Assembly (NCBI RefSeq): GCF_032062105.1
Contig: NW_026930936.1
Span: 310,001-374,000 of the forward strand
Reading direction: 5' to 3'
Length of the DNA stretch: 64,000 nucleotides
From: Saccostrea cucullata
Lineage: Eukaryota
Within the stretch, counting starts at the first letter, position 1. Each line of letters opens with the position of its first letter. Positions 24,898 to 37,998 of the stretch are shown here, piece by piece. Both the position numbers and the translations under genes were made by a program. The notes under the pieces are model-generated. The model was not told the DNA's origin. It saw only the letters and a list, made by a program, of their open reading frames with translations, and ran no database searches.

Positions 24898-27800
24898 TGT
24901 AATAGATGTAACAACCATGCAGCCACGCTGATTACTAATTTATTATCTCCCCAACCAGGAGAGTTCCACAACATAAAAAATTAGATAATTCGTACAAAAG
25001 ACAATTCTATTACATCCTCTTTTGTTTAAATAAAAAAATCTAATACACAATCTTATCAGTTAGAATTGAATTTCACAGAACATACATTGCCTGAATTTTT
25101 CAAATTCCTTGACCTAACACATTTTTAGTAATTATGCTTATTAAACAGATCAAATATTAAAAGAACAAGTAATGAAACCAATAATACATGTGCCAATTGA
25201 GATTTCACATATGTTCATTAAACATCTCAGAAAGCCACAGTAGCATGTGCAACATCACTAAACACAATTTTGGTAGTCAAAATATAATTTTCCAGATACT
25301 TCGGTTTCTTTATCTCTCGTCCCGATCTTGTTCTCTGGATCTGTTCACTGTCAACGGTCGGTTTACTTGGAGGGGAAGCAGATTGCTTCGGTACAACGCA
25401 TGTTTTTGTTATTTCAGTTTTCGGTCGCGCCCACAATGGAATATTCACGGGTGGTATGTCACACTCTTGGGTTGAAATCACATGCGGCTCTTCCTTGGTC
25501 TTGAGAAGCATACTGTTGTTTCTACGGTAAAGTCGACCACTTCCTGCCTTCACAACATAAGAACGAGGTTCACCTGACTTTCTGACGAACTCGGCCGGCT
25601 TCCATCCATCCGGACTATGAATACGAAGGGTGTCACCGGGCTGACATTCGGCACGCTCTTTTGCCCCATGATCATAGTAAAACTTCTGCTTCTGACGATA
25701 CTCCATCAGCTTCGATGAAACAGCTTCTGGTTTGATGGTTGTTGGTTTCCTCAGACTATCACTTATGGGGAGTAGCGTTTTTGCTCGTCGACCCATCAAT
25801 CTCTGCATAGGTGATCCTATCTGCTCATCCCGAGGAGTGTTCCTTAAATCTAAAAGGGCTAGGTACACATCATCTCCTGATTCGCGGCATTTGTTTAGCA
25901 AGTTCTTCACTGTTTGCACAGACTTTTCAGCCAGACCATTGGACTGTGCATATAAAGGTGAAGAGGTCACATGTTCAATCCCATAGCTAGCAACAAAAGA
26001 CTTGAATTCAGCACTAGTGTACTGAGGACCATTGTCGCTGATCAAAGTGTCAATGATGCCATATCTGGCAATGTTTTCTTTCAGGTGCTTGATAACATTC
26101 CTTGAAGTGGTGTCATGTTTTAGTGATGCCACTTCGATGAAGTTAGAATAGTAATCCACCATAATTAAGTAGTGAAAGCCATCTAATTCAAACAGATCCG
26201 TGGCTACCTTGCTCCATGGTAAGGAAGGTAAGGGGTGTATCATCATAGGCTCCTTCTGGGGTCTGTTTTGATGAAGTAGACATGTGCTGCAACGGCTCAC
26301 CACGTCCTCTATCTGCTTATTCATTCCAGGCCAATAAACCAGTTCTCTTGCTCGTTGTTTGCATTTCAGCATCCCCATGTGCGAGCTGTGAATAGTTTTC
26401 AATGTAGATGGTCTCAGCTCTACTGGAATTACAATGCGTTCTCCTCGGTAAATCACACCATTATATGTTGAGAGTTCATCTCTGAAGTCCCAAAACTGTA
26501 AAACCTCTAATGGCGCATCAGCTCTTCTGTCAGGCCATCCGTCACTAATGACCTTCTTCAACATTTGCAGCTGATCATCGCGTTTGGTAGCTTCTGCAAT
26601 CACATCATGCTTGCTGCTCGTCAATGTATCTGTTTTGAAAACCATCATTTCATCATCCATTGACTGACAAGTATCTTCTAGAGGTAGACGACTAAGACAA
26701 TCCGCAAGTCCTAGATCTTTTCCTTTCACATAGACAAGACGAAACTCATATGGCTGAAGTTTCAGCATCATCTTCTGAATACGCATCGGTGCAGAAGGTA
26801 TCGGCTTGCGCATAATAGTTTCTAGAGGTTTGTGATCAGATTCAATTGTTACATCACTTTTGCCATACAGAAGCTTGTGGAATTTTTCGCAGCCAAACAC
26901 TACCGCAAGCATTTCTTTTTCTATTTGTGCATAACGCTGTTCTGCAGGGGTAAGGGCTCTTGAGGCGTATGCAACAACTCCACTCTGTTGAATAATTGCT
27001 GCTCCTAGTCCCTTCATAGACGCATCTACGCTTAGAGTTACCGGTTGATTGGTATCAAAATATCTGAGAACTTTAGTTGAGGAAAGTGCTTTTTTCACAT
27101 TCTCAAATGACTCCTTTGCTTCGGAAGTCCAATTCCAGTGATCACTAGTCTTAAGAGCTCTGAGAGGTGCATTCAGGTCACTGAGATTTGGAATAAACTT
27201 TGCAACATAGGCAAGCATGCCCAGAACCGTTTCCAGCTCTGCATGATTTTCCGGGTCCCTCATCTCTGTTATTGCTCGAACTCGTTCAGGGGTAGGCTTC
27301 AGTCCCTCACCAGTCAATAAATGACCCACGTAGTTGACTTCACTCTTAGCTAGAATACATTTGGCTCTGTTCAGTTTCAAGTTGATGGACTTGGCACGTT
27401 CAAGTACACTACGCAAACGACTGTTGTGTTCATGTTCATCACGGCCATGTATCAGGATGTCGTCCATAACCACTTCGACTCCATCTATACTCCCAAAGTG
27501 GTTGATCATTTCTCGTTGAAATACTTCTGCTGCACACTTGAGGCCCATCGGCATGCGTAAGTAACGATATCGGCCAAAAGGCGTGTTAAACGTAGTAAGA
27601 AGTGAACTCTTCTTGGAGAGTTTGATCTGGAAGTATCCCATGTTTGCATCCAATGTAGAAAATATCTGGCTTCCATGTACTCTGGTGACTATATCTTCTA
27701 TAGTGTTCATAGGGAAATGTTCACGTAGCACTGCTTTGTTCAGATCAGTAGGATCTAAGCATATCCTAACTCGTCCATTCTTCTTGCGGACACATACCAT

Positions 27801-29610
27801 GCTGCTCACCCAACTGGTTGGCTCTGTTACAGGTGCAATGATGTTACACTTCATTAGATGGTCAAGTTCTTTTTTCACATCATCACACATTGCCACTGGT
27901 AATGGTCTTGGAGCATGAATAACAGGTTCCACTGAATCATCCACTTTGATGTCATATTCCCCTGGTAAGCAGCCAATACTGTCTCCGACCACATCCGAGT
28001 ATTCTTGAATAAGCTCATTTGTGGATATACTAACACTGTTCACTGTGTTCACTCGCATAATCAGACCAAAGTGTAGACAGTCAGGTCTCCCTAACAGGCT
28101 GATGTGTTTCGGTGTGTCCATAATCTTGAAGGTTACATTTCGCAACATTGTTCCATATTTACAAGGTAATGTTATTTCACCATACACTTTTGTCGGGTTG
28201 CCACACACACCATTGATAACTGTGCCACTTTCATGAACTGAAGCAATCGAGGTAAATTGTTGAGCTATTGCCTTGGAAATTATGCTACATCTCGCTCCAC
28301 TGTCGATTTCCAATTCCAATGGAAACGGTGATCCTTGTATCTCAAAAGTAACAGTCCAATCACCATCAGCACTAGACACTGCATGAACACTTTCAAATGA
28401 TTCCTCCATAAATGCGGTGTAGCACTGCTGTACCAAGCTCTGATCAAAAATGTCACAGACATCCGGATCTGGTTCCTGACAGGCAGAATAGTGCACACTA
28501 TGACGTTGTGGGGGTCTGCTAGTTTCATGGCCACGTCCAGATCTCCAACCACGTCCACGGCGTGAATTTCCTCGATTTTGTTGATATTGACGAGAACGTC
28601 CTTTACACAGTGGTGATGCTTTAAAGTGTCCTTTTAAGCCACACTCATTACAAGGTTTGTTGAATGCTGGGCACTGTCGAAAAGCATGATGCTTCGTGCA
28701 CTTTTCACAATAGGGGTACTTTCCTTGATAACCCGATTTCTGCTTTGGCTTGGAGGTGCTAACATAGTTGACTGTCGGATTTTCTGTGAGTGTATCAAGA
28801 TGAGCTTTCGTGAGTTCCACTTGTCTGCATGTCTGAATAACTTTCTCCAAAGTCAGTTCTGCTGCCGAAATTTCCATAAGTTTTTCTGTACACTTTCTGT
28901 CATTCACACCATTTATGATCATGTCACAAATAAATCCTTCACGCTGATCTCCATATTCACAGAACTCTGCCTTTTTCTTAAGTTCAGATATGTAATCCAT
29001 AATGGTTTTGTTGCCTCGTTTAGTGTTCAGAAATTCCTGTCTTTTAATGTTTCTGTAATTATGTACACCGTAATGTCTGTCAAACTTTCGAAAAACTGTG
29101 GTTAAATCATGTTTGTTCTCCGCCGGAACAGCCTGAATACCCGCCTGTTCATCAGCTTCAACTTCCGGTGCCCATGTAAATGAATCGTAAATCTTTATCG
29201 CCTCACGTCCCATGTTAGCTAATTAAACCTCCTACCTTGCGTTTTCCCGGTTTATCATCAAGACCAAGCGCGTCAAGATGTATAAAAAATGAACGCTTAT
29301 AAGCATCCCATTCCTGTGCAGTCGTGTTAGGGTCACTAGGGTTAAATTCTGGCAAAGTTCTAAGAGACTGTGTAGACATGACGTTCCGTTTCTCGTTAAA
29401 ATAAAGATCCCCAAATGTTCATGGACGTGTTTTCGCTATTATCAAGCGTCGATGGCGTTCTCTTTAGGCGATATCCCCAGCTTTCTGACACCATGTAATA
29501 GATGTCACAACCATGCAGCCAAGCTGATTACTAATTTATTATCTCCCCAACAAGGAGAGTTCCACAACATAAAAAATTAGATAATTCGTACAAAAGACAA
29601 TTGTATTACA
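24898..29610 (-). mobile_element. Full-length Ty3/Gypsy LTR retrotransposon (Mag-like, very short LTRs)
   Basis: 117-bp LTRs at 24898-25014 and 29494-29610 (4 differences), 5-bp TSD AGGTC, PBS TGGTGTCAGAA (tRNA-Leu-like) at 29483-29493 on the minus strand, and PPT AAACAAAAGAGGA at 25015-25027. Confidence 0.96.
25227..29379 (-). CDS. Gypsy gag-pol polyprotein with a 1-nt frameshift near the gag N-terminus
   Basis: Likely start MSTQSLRTLPEF at 29379 hits a stop at ~29219, and the 1328-aa ORF 29213-25227 continues one base out of frame. Motifs: Zn knuckles, IDSGA protease, LDANMGYFQI / VMDD RT, VDAS RNase H, HHCC and ATDLF / SDNGPQY integrase. Confidence 0.9.
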
Positions 29611-30253
29611 AGGTCAAAAGATCAAAGGTCAAGGTCATAAATTAAATGATTTGGTCTATTTTTAACACGTTTGTTTCCGCGCGATATCTTGAGAAACCTT
29701 TCAGCTTTTGCAATGATATTCTATACCACACCTCCCTATGGCTTTAAGAAGACCCCTTTTTGAGATCAAAAGGTTTAAGATCAAGGACGTTAATTCATAC
29801 ATTTTGTGTGTGTAAAACTCTCATTTCCGGGTGATATCTCAGGAAGCTTTTTTGAGTTTTTGCAATTTGATTTATACCATTATTCCCTTTTTCCCTTCTA
29901 TCCTTCTGTCCGTCACTCCGTTCGGCTGTATTTCTGTCTGTCTGTAACACTTTCGTTTCCAAGCGACATCTCTAGAAACCTTTAAACCTTTGCAATTAAA
30001 TTCTTGATGACAACTTCCACATATATTCTCTGAAATAGATTATTTTTCATTAATTTCAATGAGAATGGGTAACAATAAAGCTGGCCCTGCACATGCTTTT
30101 ATTACGCCTCTGGAGATTTATGAGGTGATTATTGATATTTCATCCTTTTATTCATTCTGTTTTCAAGAACTCTAGTCAACATCCCTCCAAGCCTTGTCGT
30201 TAACTTAATGATACATTTGTTAAATGTTTATGTACATAAAGATAAGACACACA

Positions 30254-30544
30254 CACTGAAAGAAATACCTAGTTGATTTAAGTAATATGTATAGTAAAGG
30301 GTTCGTCGTGATTAGTAATCATTCTGTTTACTGGCTACGACAGTGAGTAGAGTGTGTCTCGTGGAGCTGGGGTCATAAAAATATCAGATAATCCAGTGAA
30401 AGTTACACATAAATTCTAGATTTACTAATGTTATCTAGTAAATTTACTCAATACCTAATAAATATACTTTTGAGTGGTTTAAAGGACAGTACATACAAAT
30501 TTACTAGTCTCCTTCGTGACTTTTACCAGTTATTTTTTTTAGTG
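30254..30544. mobile_element. CACTA/CMC-like MITE inserted just upstream of an orphan lectin first exon
   Basis: Ends CACTGAAAGAAATACCTAGT / ACCAGTTATTTTTTTTAGTG, with a 2-bp TSD CA. Confidence 0.6.
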
Positions 30545-30554
30545 CAGATTTGAT

Positions 30555-30594
30555 ATGATTCTCGCAATCGCTTCAGTTTTTATCCTTGGTGCAG
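30555..30594 (+). other. Orphan lectin signal-peptide exon (alternative first exon or relic)
   Basis: ATG...MILAIASVFILGA G|GTAATA; 40 nt, phase 1, same end as exon 1 of gene B. No exons 2-5 of its own before gene C. Confidence 0.65.
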
Positions 30595-30659
30595 GTAATA
30601 ATCCATTTTCTTGCTATTTAATCAAATGTTTACGCTGATCAAAATCTGTTTGTAAACTT

Positions 30660-31270
30660 TGTCGTTAAGTTTTCATATTTTTTTTCTTCTTCTCCTAAAC
30701 CACAGATTCAATTTTAACCTAACTTACAACAAAGAACCTTTGGGTATGGGGGATTCAAGTTTATGCAAAGGAATGGCCAAACCTTTTTCAGAGGGGAGAT
30801 GAGTATGAAATAGTGAAAAATAATGGCATCTTTTAAAAATCTTCTTTCATACAGCCACTGGGCCAGGAAATATGAAACTCATTTGGAAGCACCATGTGGT
30901 AGTACAGAATCAAATTTGTTCAAATCATGACCCCGAGTATAGAGTGGGTCCCCAAAGGGGGACAAAGTTTAAAATCAAAAATATCTTAAAAAATCTTCTT
31001 CTCAAGAACGGCAAATCCACGATTGGTCATAGTTTTATGGAAGCATCCTAAGGTAGTGTACATACAAGTCTGTTTAAATCATGATTTCCTGGCTTAAAGT
31101 AGGACCACAATGGGTGATCAAAGTTTTACATTGGGATAGATAGGAAAAGTCTTTAAAATTCTTCACAAGAATTACAAAGCCATGATTGGTCATAAATATA
31201 TAAAAGCATCAAAAAGGTAATGTATATTTTTTTTTAATTCACGACCAAGTAGGAGAATAAAGGGCACAAT
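30660..31270. repeat. Degenerate Cg170-like satellite / HINE core units
   Basis: Three to four units of ~160-170 bp with AAAATCTTCTTCTC, GGGGATTCAAGTTT, AGGGGAGAT and TCAAATCATGA motifs, resembling the oyster major satellite as recalled. Confidence 0.6.
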
Positions 31271-32326
31271 AAAGAGAGACATAGTTATACCAAGGAACAT
31301 AAAAGGTATGTCAATAAAAGAAAAAGGTACGGTTATACAAGCTTCATTGTGTCATTAAACTTTACTGCTTTCAAAAAGTTTTGAAACTGGCTTACACATT
31401 AGTAAAGAATATGATTGTTACAAATCAGAAAAAAAACATATGGCATGAAGGAGTACTATTCTGCAAAGATGACGTCATTAATAAGATGCATTTCTCTATT
31501 TTTAAGATAAGTAGTCTCAAAATTACTCATTTCAAGGGTTATTTTTCTTGAGAAAATAATCTCCACAGCTGTTGTACACTTTATGGTGTTCAAAACTCTT
31601 TGAAAAATCACATATCTCAAAATCTTTGTGAGTGATGCCTTTAGACAATATTAAGTAAAAGAAAATTCCATTAAGAATTGATGTCTTCTACAATTTATTA
31701 AGAATAAAACGTGAAAATGCGCAAGTTTATGACATCCCAATTAGCATTGAGAAGGTCATGAAAAAATAATGATTTGTATATTTGTATGATATTTATGCAT
31801 GAGAGAATAACTATTTGTATGATCTTTATACATGGAATATCAAAGATTCAGAAAACACGAGTTTTAATTTTTTTTTACATTATGTTCATTTAAAAAAAAA
31901 AAACAAGGCAGGATCTGTATTGAACCCGTACCTTTTTCATTAATTCAAAAACAACCATAGAAAGGGTAAATTAAAATTCGTTAAAAGCCCCCGAACCACT
32001 TTTATATTTAAACTTTTCAATACTGACCTGATTTCTGGGAATTTTTTTTGGTCCGTGTTTATGTCAGGCTTTTAAACACGGACCCCTGGAAATTCAAGAG
32101 GATGCAACATGTACCTGGAAGGAGTACGCCTCCCCTGGTGACCGGTTACAACCAACGTGAGCGTTATGAATTGATTAGGTACTTTCCGTTGTCAATTTAC
32201 AGTGAAAAAAACAAAGGCCTTACAATTGATATGAAACAAGCCAGTCGAAATAGGACCCAAAGAAAGGTTACATTTACTTACAAAGTCATTACAACGACCA
32301 TACGATTTACGAAATGCTAACTTTAA

Positions 32327-32983
32327 AGTATCAGTCACATTATCCAGCGATGGGGTATACGATGAGAAACCGATGCGTTTTTTGATGAAAATGGCGTGGT
32401 TGCCGACCGGGCACCACTAGTGATCGGACGGTGACTGAGGCCATTTTGCGAATCGGTGGGGTCATCGGTAGGAAATAATTCGTAGTTAAAATTCAGCGAT
32501 GTCTTTAACGATGCCTCACATCGGTCCTCATCGACAACCCATCGCTTACACATCTTTCAAGGATCGGCCGATGTATGGCCGAGCATCGTCAAGTGTCCGT
32601 TGAATCTGAGGTCATCGGGGGGTTGAGTGGTGTTCAACAGATAACGGCCGATCATCGGTCGATGTTCGACCAAACATTGGCCCGATGTACGAATGATGTT
32701 CACCAATGTATGAACGATGTAATATACATCGGCCGATTATCCTGGAACATCGTTTTATGATTAGCAATGCATCGCTGGGCCTTTGTATGTCCGGCCGGCA
32801 ACCACGTCATTTTTATCATAAAACGCATTGGTTGCCTATTGTTTACCCATCGCTGGATAATATGACTGATACTTTAAGGACTACTTGGCCGATGTGGACC
32901 GATGTTGGAGCATCGTTAACACCACGGCTTACCACCGATTACCACCGGTCTACGGCTATCGGTCGGGAAATGTGACCTAGGTA
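32327..32983. mobile_element. PIF/Harbinger-like non-autonomous element nested in an old Naiad fragment (~32085-33065)
   Basis: Subterminal inverted GTCACATT / AATGTGAC, TAA TSD, and a GC-rich CATCG/CGATG-rich interior. The flanks rejoin as Naiad ...CTTTAAACGAG... Confidence 0.65.
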
Positions 32984-33495
32984 TAAACGAGGCTGTTGTA
33001 ATCCCTATAACATCAACCTTTTCTTCAGTAGAATACCTCGCTTTTACAATGGATAATTCTCTGGGCAAGCTCTTTAGTAGCGAATAATTGTCCATAATAT
33101 CTTTGGTCAGTAAAGCACCAAAATTTAAAAAAGAACTTGGATATATTCAGTCGACTAAAAAAAGTCTTTTTAATTAATATTCCCAGTATACCACAAAACA
33201 TATTAGAAAAACGTGATGTCTTTGTATACTCAGTAGCATATGAGTCTGATTTTATTTTGCATATTCTTTACATTTAATACATATGCAAATAATTTCCAAT
33301 AAATCGTTTCTGTCTACCTCTTTTAGATATTTTTCGTATGAAAAGTAAGTAGCCATGTCTCTCTTCTGAAGATACTCACAGCAGTGTAACCTACTTTGAG
33401 GCGCCTTGTCAATGTTCTATAAGTCCGTTATCTTTGTATTGCAGTTATGAAATAGTTCCTGTAAGTTAGCGATAAAAGAATTGTTTTCAAACGGA

Positions 33496-36400
33496 ATGAT
33501 TGCCACTTTCATAATATTAGTACTACTGAATGCAGGTAATATTTTCTTGTGGTTATTTCTGGATGTTAAAAGGGGGTGGTGATTGGAGTGAGTGATTAGT
33601 ATCACTTAAACTTCATTGATTTTGTTGTTTTCAATTCAAATTCAAATTATTCTTTTATTAAATTCAATTTTTATTTGAAAGATCAGCATGGATTTTTTTT
33701 CATTTATTTAAGTCATTTGTTCTCTGTTTATAAGTTACCTTGGTAACTGCCCAGCCTCCTTCCTGTCCCCATGGTTGGATACTCCGTGGATCTTCGTGTT
33801 ATTTATTTGTTAATGATGACTCTGAAGATTGGATGGTCGCTATGGTTAGGGCACTTTTACGTTACCTCTTCATCTGCATTATAAATTTTTCAAGGTTTAA
33901 AGTTGGAAACCTTCTTTATGAATAAAATGCTTTGCAATATTAATTATATAATCTTAATATTGCATGTTGGATGATGGCATCTTTTTTTAAATTCTAAGTT
34001 TATTTTATACATATAAATTAAATTATTTTTTATAACGCAAATATTACTGGTCTACGCTAACATTTAATTTGAAGTATTCAAACAATGCTTTTCAAGCTTA
34101 AAAACTTTTTTCTTATTTATATTATCAGTCAAATCTTCATATCATTTCTGTTATTTAATACACTCAAAGTATTTTTGCTAAACGTTGTGCAAGGAAACAA
34201 TATTTAAAAACTCTGGATTTTTTCCCTTTATTTCAATTTCAAAATTCAAGTATTTGTTAGTTGAAAAATAGTTTCTTTGTTCATGATAAAAAAATTCAAA
34301 ACAAATCATACACACATTGCCAATTCAAAACATAAAATATAAATTTTTCTTTTCAGTCATTTTGCAATACTCTTCAGGCAAAGTTAGTGGAAATTGAATC
34401 TGTAGCAGAGGACGAATTTATACGCATGCATTTAATAGACAACAAATTAACAGGTATAATTATACAGAGAGATGTAATAAAACAAATTAAACACCTGTTT
34501 TTAAGAATGACTAAACCCATATGTTTTTTTTCTTTCTTGCATTTTTTTATTTGCTCGTTTTCACTAGTTTTGTGTACACGGCATTATAGGATTCTTATTT
34601 AGAGAGTTTTTGGATTGGTTAATCTGACACAGAAGCTTTGTGATATAAGATTGTTATTTAGACAGTTTTTGGATTGGTAAATCTGACACAGAAGCTTTGT
34701 GATATAAGATTGTTATTTAGACAGTTTTTGGATTGGTTAATCTGACACAGAAGCTTTGTGATATAAGATTGCTATTTAGACAGTTTTTGGATTGGTTAAT
34801 CTGACACAGAAGCTTTGTGATATAAGATTGTTATTAAGGCAGTTTTGGATTGGTTAATCTGACACAGAAGCTTTGTGATATACATGTAAGATTGTTATTT
34901 AGACAGTTTTTGGATTGGTTAATCTGACACAGAAGCTTTGTGATATAAGATTGTTATTTAGACAGTTTTTGGATTGGTTAATCTGACACAGAAGATTTGT
35001 GATATAAGATTGTTATTAAGGCAGTTTTGGATTGGTTAATCTGACACAGAAGCTTTTTGATATAGGATTGTTATAAAGGCAGTTTTTGGATTGGTTGATA
35101 TGACACAGAAGCTTTGTGATATAGGATTGTTATAAAGGCAGTTTTTGGATTGGTTAATCTGACACAGAAGCTTTGTGATATAGGATTGTTATAAAGGCAG
35201 TTTTTGGATTGGTTAATCTGACACAGAAGCTTTGTGATATAAGACTGTTATTAGGCAGTTTTTGAATTAGTTTATCTGACACAGAAGCTTTGTGATATAA
35301 GATTGTTATTAAGGCAGTTTTTGGATTGGTTAATCTGACACAAAAGTTTCGGATTAGACGATTCTTATCGAGCAGTGATTGGACTGGTTTATCCTACATA
35401 CAAGCTTTGTTGTATTAGATTCTTATTCCAGCAATTACGTTACTTGAGAGGTTTATCCTATATTTAAGCTTTGTAATATAAGATTCTACTTTAGGCAGTT
35501 ATTTGATAGGGTTAATCGACATTCAAGCTTTGTAATATAAGATTCTTATTCAGGCAGTTACTGGAAAGATTTATCCGACATTCAGGCTTTGTAATTTAAG
35601 ATTCTTACAAAGCAGTTACTGAATAGGTTTAACCGATATTCAAGCTTTATAATATAAGATTCTTATTCAGGCAGTTAAGGATAGGTTTACCGACATTCAA
35701 GCTTTGTAATATAAGATTCTTATTTAGGCAGCTATTGGATTGGTTTATCTGACATCCAAGCTGAGGGAGAATGGGTATGGACGACTTCTCAGAAAACCCC
35801 CACCTACAGCAACTGGTACCCTGGCCAGCCCGACAATGCCGTCCATCGCGAGGATTGTGCAAATATTTATGCACACTTTGGACTACACTGGAACGACTCT
35901 GTCTGCAATTCACCCCAGCACTTTATTTGTGAGAAAGAGTAAGCATATTTATTCCCGATATTTCACCAAACACGCTCTATTTACATAGAATTAAACCTTT
36001 AAAATCTCAAGTATATTTTTCTGGTCATATTTGTCCTAAGTCTGTTTGGCTGTCCGTCTGTCTGTGTACTTTTCCATCTCTTGGGACTTCTTTTCTAGAA
36101 CAATTTAGCTAATTCAAATTAAACTTGAACAGGCAATTTATTAAGAATCTTGTAAAACTTTTATTTAAAATAAAAAAAATACTGGATCGCCATTTTCGCA
36201 AGCTATGGTTGACAATCCACTTCTCTTCTCTTTTCACTCTTTGCATAATTGTGCCTCTAACAAAAGTCCTTCTCAATCTACCAAGAGTGAAAAGAGAATT
36301 GAAGGAAATCGCCGACATCGGTTGTTGAAGATGCTGGCCAGAAAAGGTGTACATATATATATTAAGAAGCTTCAATACATCGTTTAGATTAACTTTTATT

Positions 36401-37234
36401 TTAAATCTAAATCTACCAATACAAATCGTTCAAATTTGATTAAATCTATAAATATATTCTTGTTATGAACAGAAAAAGCATTATTAGCAATATTTGCTAT
36501 AATGCAGAAATGACATTTTATTGCACAAAGTTTTCATTGTAATTTTTTTTTACTCCGAGTAAATATACTTCCGTCCCGTGCATTTTACATGAAATTTTGA
36601 CCCCCCGCCCCTTCTAATAGGGTCAGATATTTTTATTTTATATAAACATGAATAATCATTATATTGATGTTTTTTTTTTATATTTTCAAATAAAAATTGC
36701 ATTGCATTCCTTTTCCCTAGGATACTGTTATATGGAAACTATAAATTTGAAAATGCACTATCTGAAGCGGAGGCTGAGATTTATGGAGATAGCGAATAAA
36801 TTCAATCTCAGGCCTAAAAACAATACAAAATAGGAGCAGAGCAAATAGGAAGGAATGAGCATCCTCTGGCGACCGGTCACACCCGCCGTAAATGAATAAA
36901 AAGATGACCGCTTGTGTTTTCTATAAATAAGAGGAATGGGGCTTCAACCTTTGTTTAAAGTTTTGAAATGAGAAAGATGGTGAAAATCTTCTGTTTAAGA
37001 AAATCAGGACCATAGTTATTTAGGTGAGCGTTGTGACCCCTTCTGTTTTTATTTTCTTCATTCTGGTTTTTAATTTTGTTTAAAAAATTATAAAATGTTT
37101 GTATCTAAACGTAAACCTTTAATACTAGATCACTGTTCTGGTTTTGTGTTATAAAAACAAACACGTAAGTAGTAAAAAGATTTGTGTATTTTTCTGTTTT
37201 CAGTTCGAGTGGATCAATTGAGGTCATAGGTTGA
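33496..37234 (+). CDS. Secreted C-type lectin gene C (162 aa, QPD/WND)
   Basis: Exons 33496-33535, 33735-33844, 34357-34453, 35728-35938 and 37204-37234. Protein: MIATFIILVLLNAVTLVTA signal, CPHGW, WIGL, QPD, WND, FICEK, ending IEVIG*. Confidence 0.88.
34585..35762 (+). repeat. 59-bp tandem array (20 units) made of the intron 3/exon 4 junction of lectin C
   Basis: Unit TATAAGATT(G/C)TTATTTAG|(A/G)CAGTTTTTGGATTGGTTAATCTGACACAGAAGCTTTGTGA; the last unit is the true acceptor and exon start. Confidence 0.95.
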
Positions 37235-37998
37235 TTTTGAAGTGTATGCTACATATAATTGAAAGTAAATTAAAAGTTAAAAGAAAGCAATTTTCTTGCC
37301 CTTTATTACCATCGACTGTCTCCAGAATACAATTAACTCAACATTCTAATGATGTAATTGTTAATGCGTGTTGCATATACACAAAAAAGAATCTCAATTA
37401 TTTTTTCAGTACGACTTGTGCAGGGGTTTTATGAATGTACATGTATGAATGTATTTATTCTGAGTTCATTCATTGCTGAAATAAAGGCCTTAATAAATAA
37501 ATAAAACGTTTCCTATGAACATGTTGTAAAAAAAATATACTTACGCATTTTTAAAAACTGAAAAAAATTCACAAGATAAAGATAACTTTGATGAAACATA
37601 TGGAAATATCAAACAGTATTCAAGATCAAAAGTCCATAAAACAATACTGAAAATGTCTCATTGATTTTGGATGTCATAAAATAATTCAAAGATCGTCTTT
37701 AAGTTCAAGCTTAAAAAGCTTTGAAACTCCCCGCTTCTGTAAAATTTTCAATAAGAAAGCTTCCAAAACGATTAACCGACCACTTTATTGTATGTTTGCT
37801 TCTCAAAAACCTTGTATCCTCTAACTTATGCACTTGCAAGCAGTTTCCTCTGTCATTTGTTGTGTTCAATGAAACATATGGAGATAACAAAAAGTACTGA
37901 AGTCCATAAAACAATACAAAATAGGAGCAGAGCAAATACGCAATTCCAAAACATCAGAGCTGGGATCAAGCGCAATGGAGGAGTGACATCCGACCGGT

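Larger units (their letters stand above)
24715..30020. mobile_element. Helentron-associated (HINE/pearl-like) non-autonomous element interrupted by the Gypsy insertion
   Basis: GTCY microsatellite (24760-24800) and repeated core GTTTCC.CGCGATATCT.GAGAA..CTTT on both sides of the Gypsy; boundaries approximate. Confidence 0.55.

Noticed and set aside
25732-29105. Plus-strand ORFs of 60-139 aa opposite the Gypsy pol, and minus-strand ORFs opposite the BEL pol
   Set aside because: These are antisense shadows of long coding frames with no independent motifs.
32335-32975. Cluster of short GC-rich ORFs suggesting a foreign gene
   Set aside because: They fall within a TIR/TSD-bounded non-autonomous element made of CATCG-type repeats; no recognisable domain.
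34585-35762. CRISPR-like appearance of the regular 59-bp array
   Set aside because: There are no unique spacers and no cas genes, the context is eukaryotic, and the unit derives from the adjacent lectin intron/exon junction.
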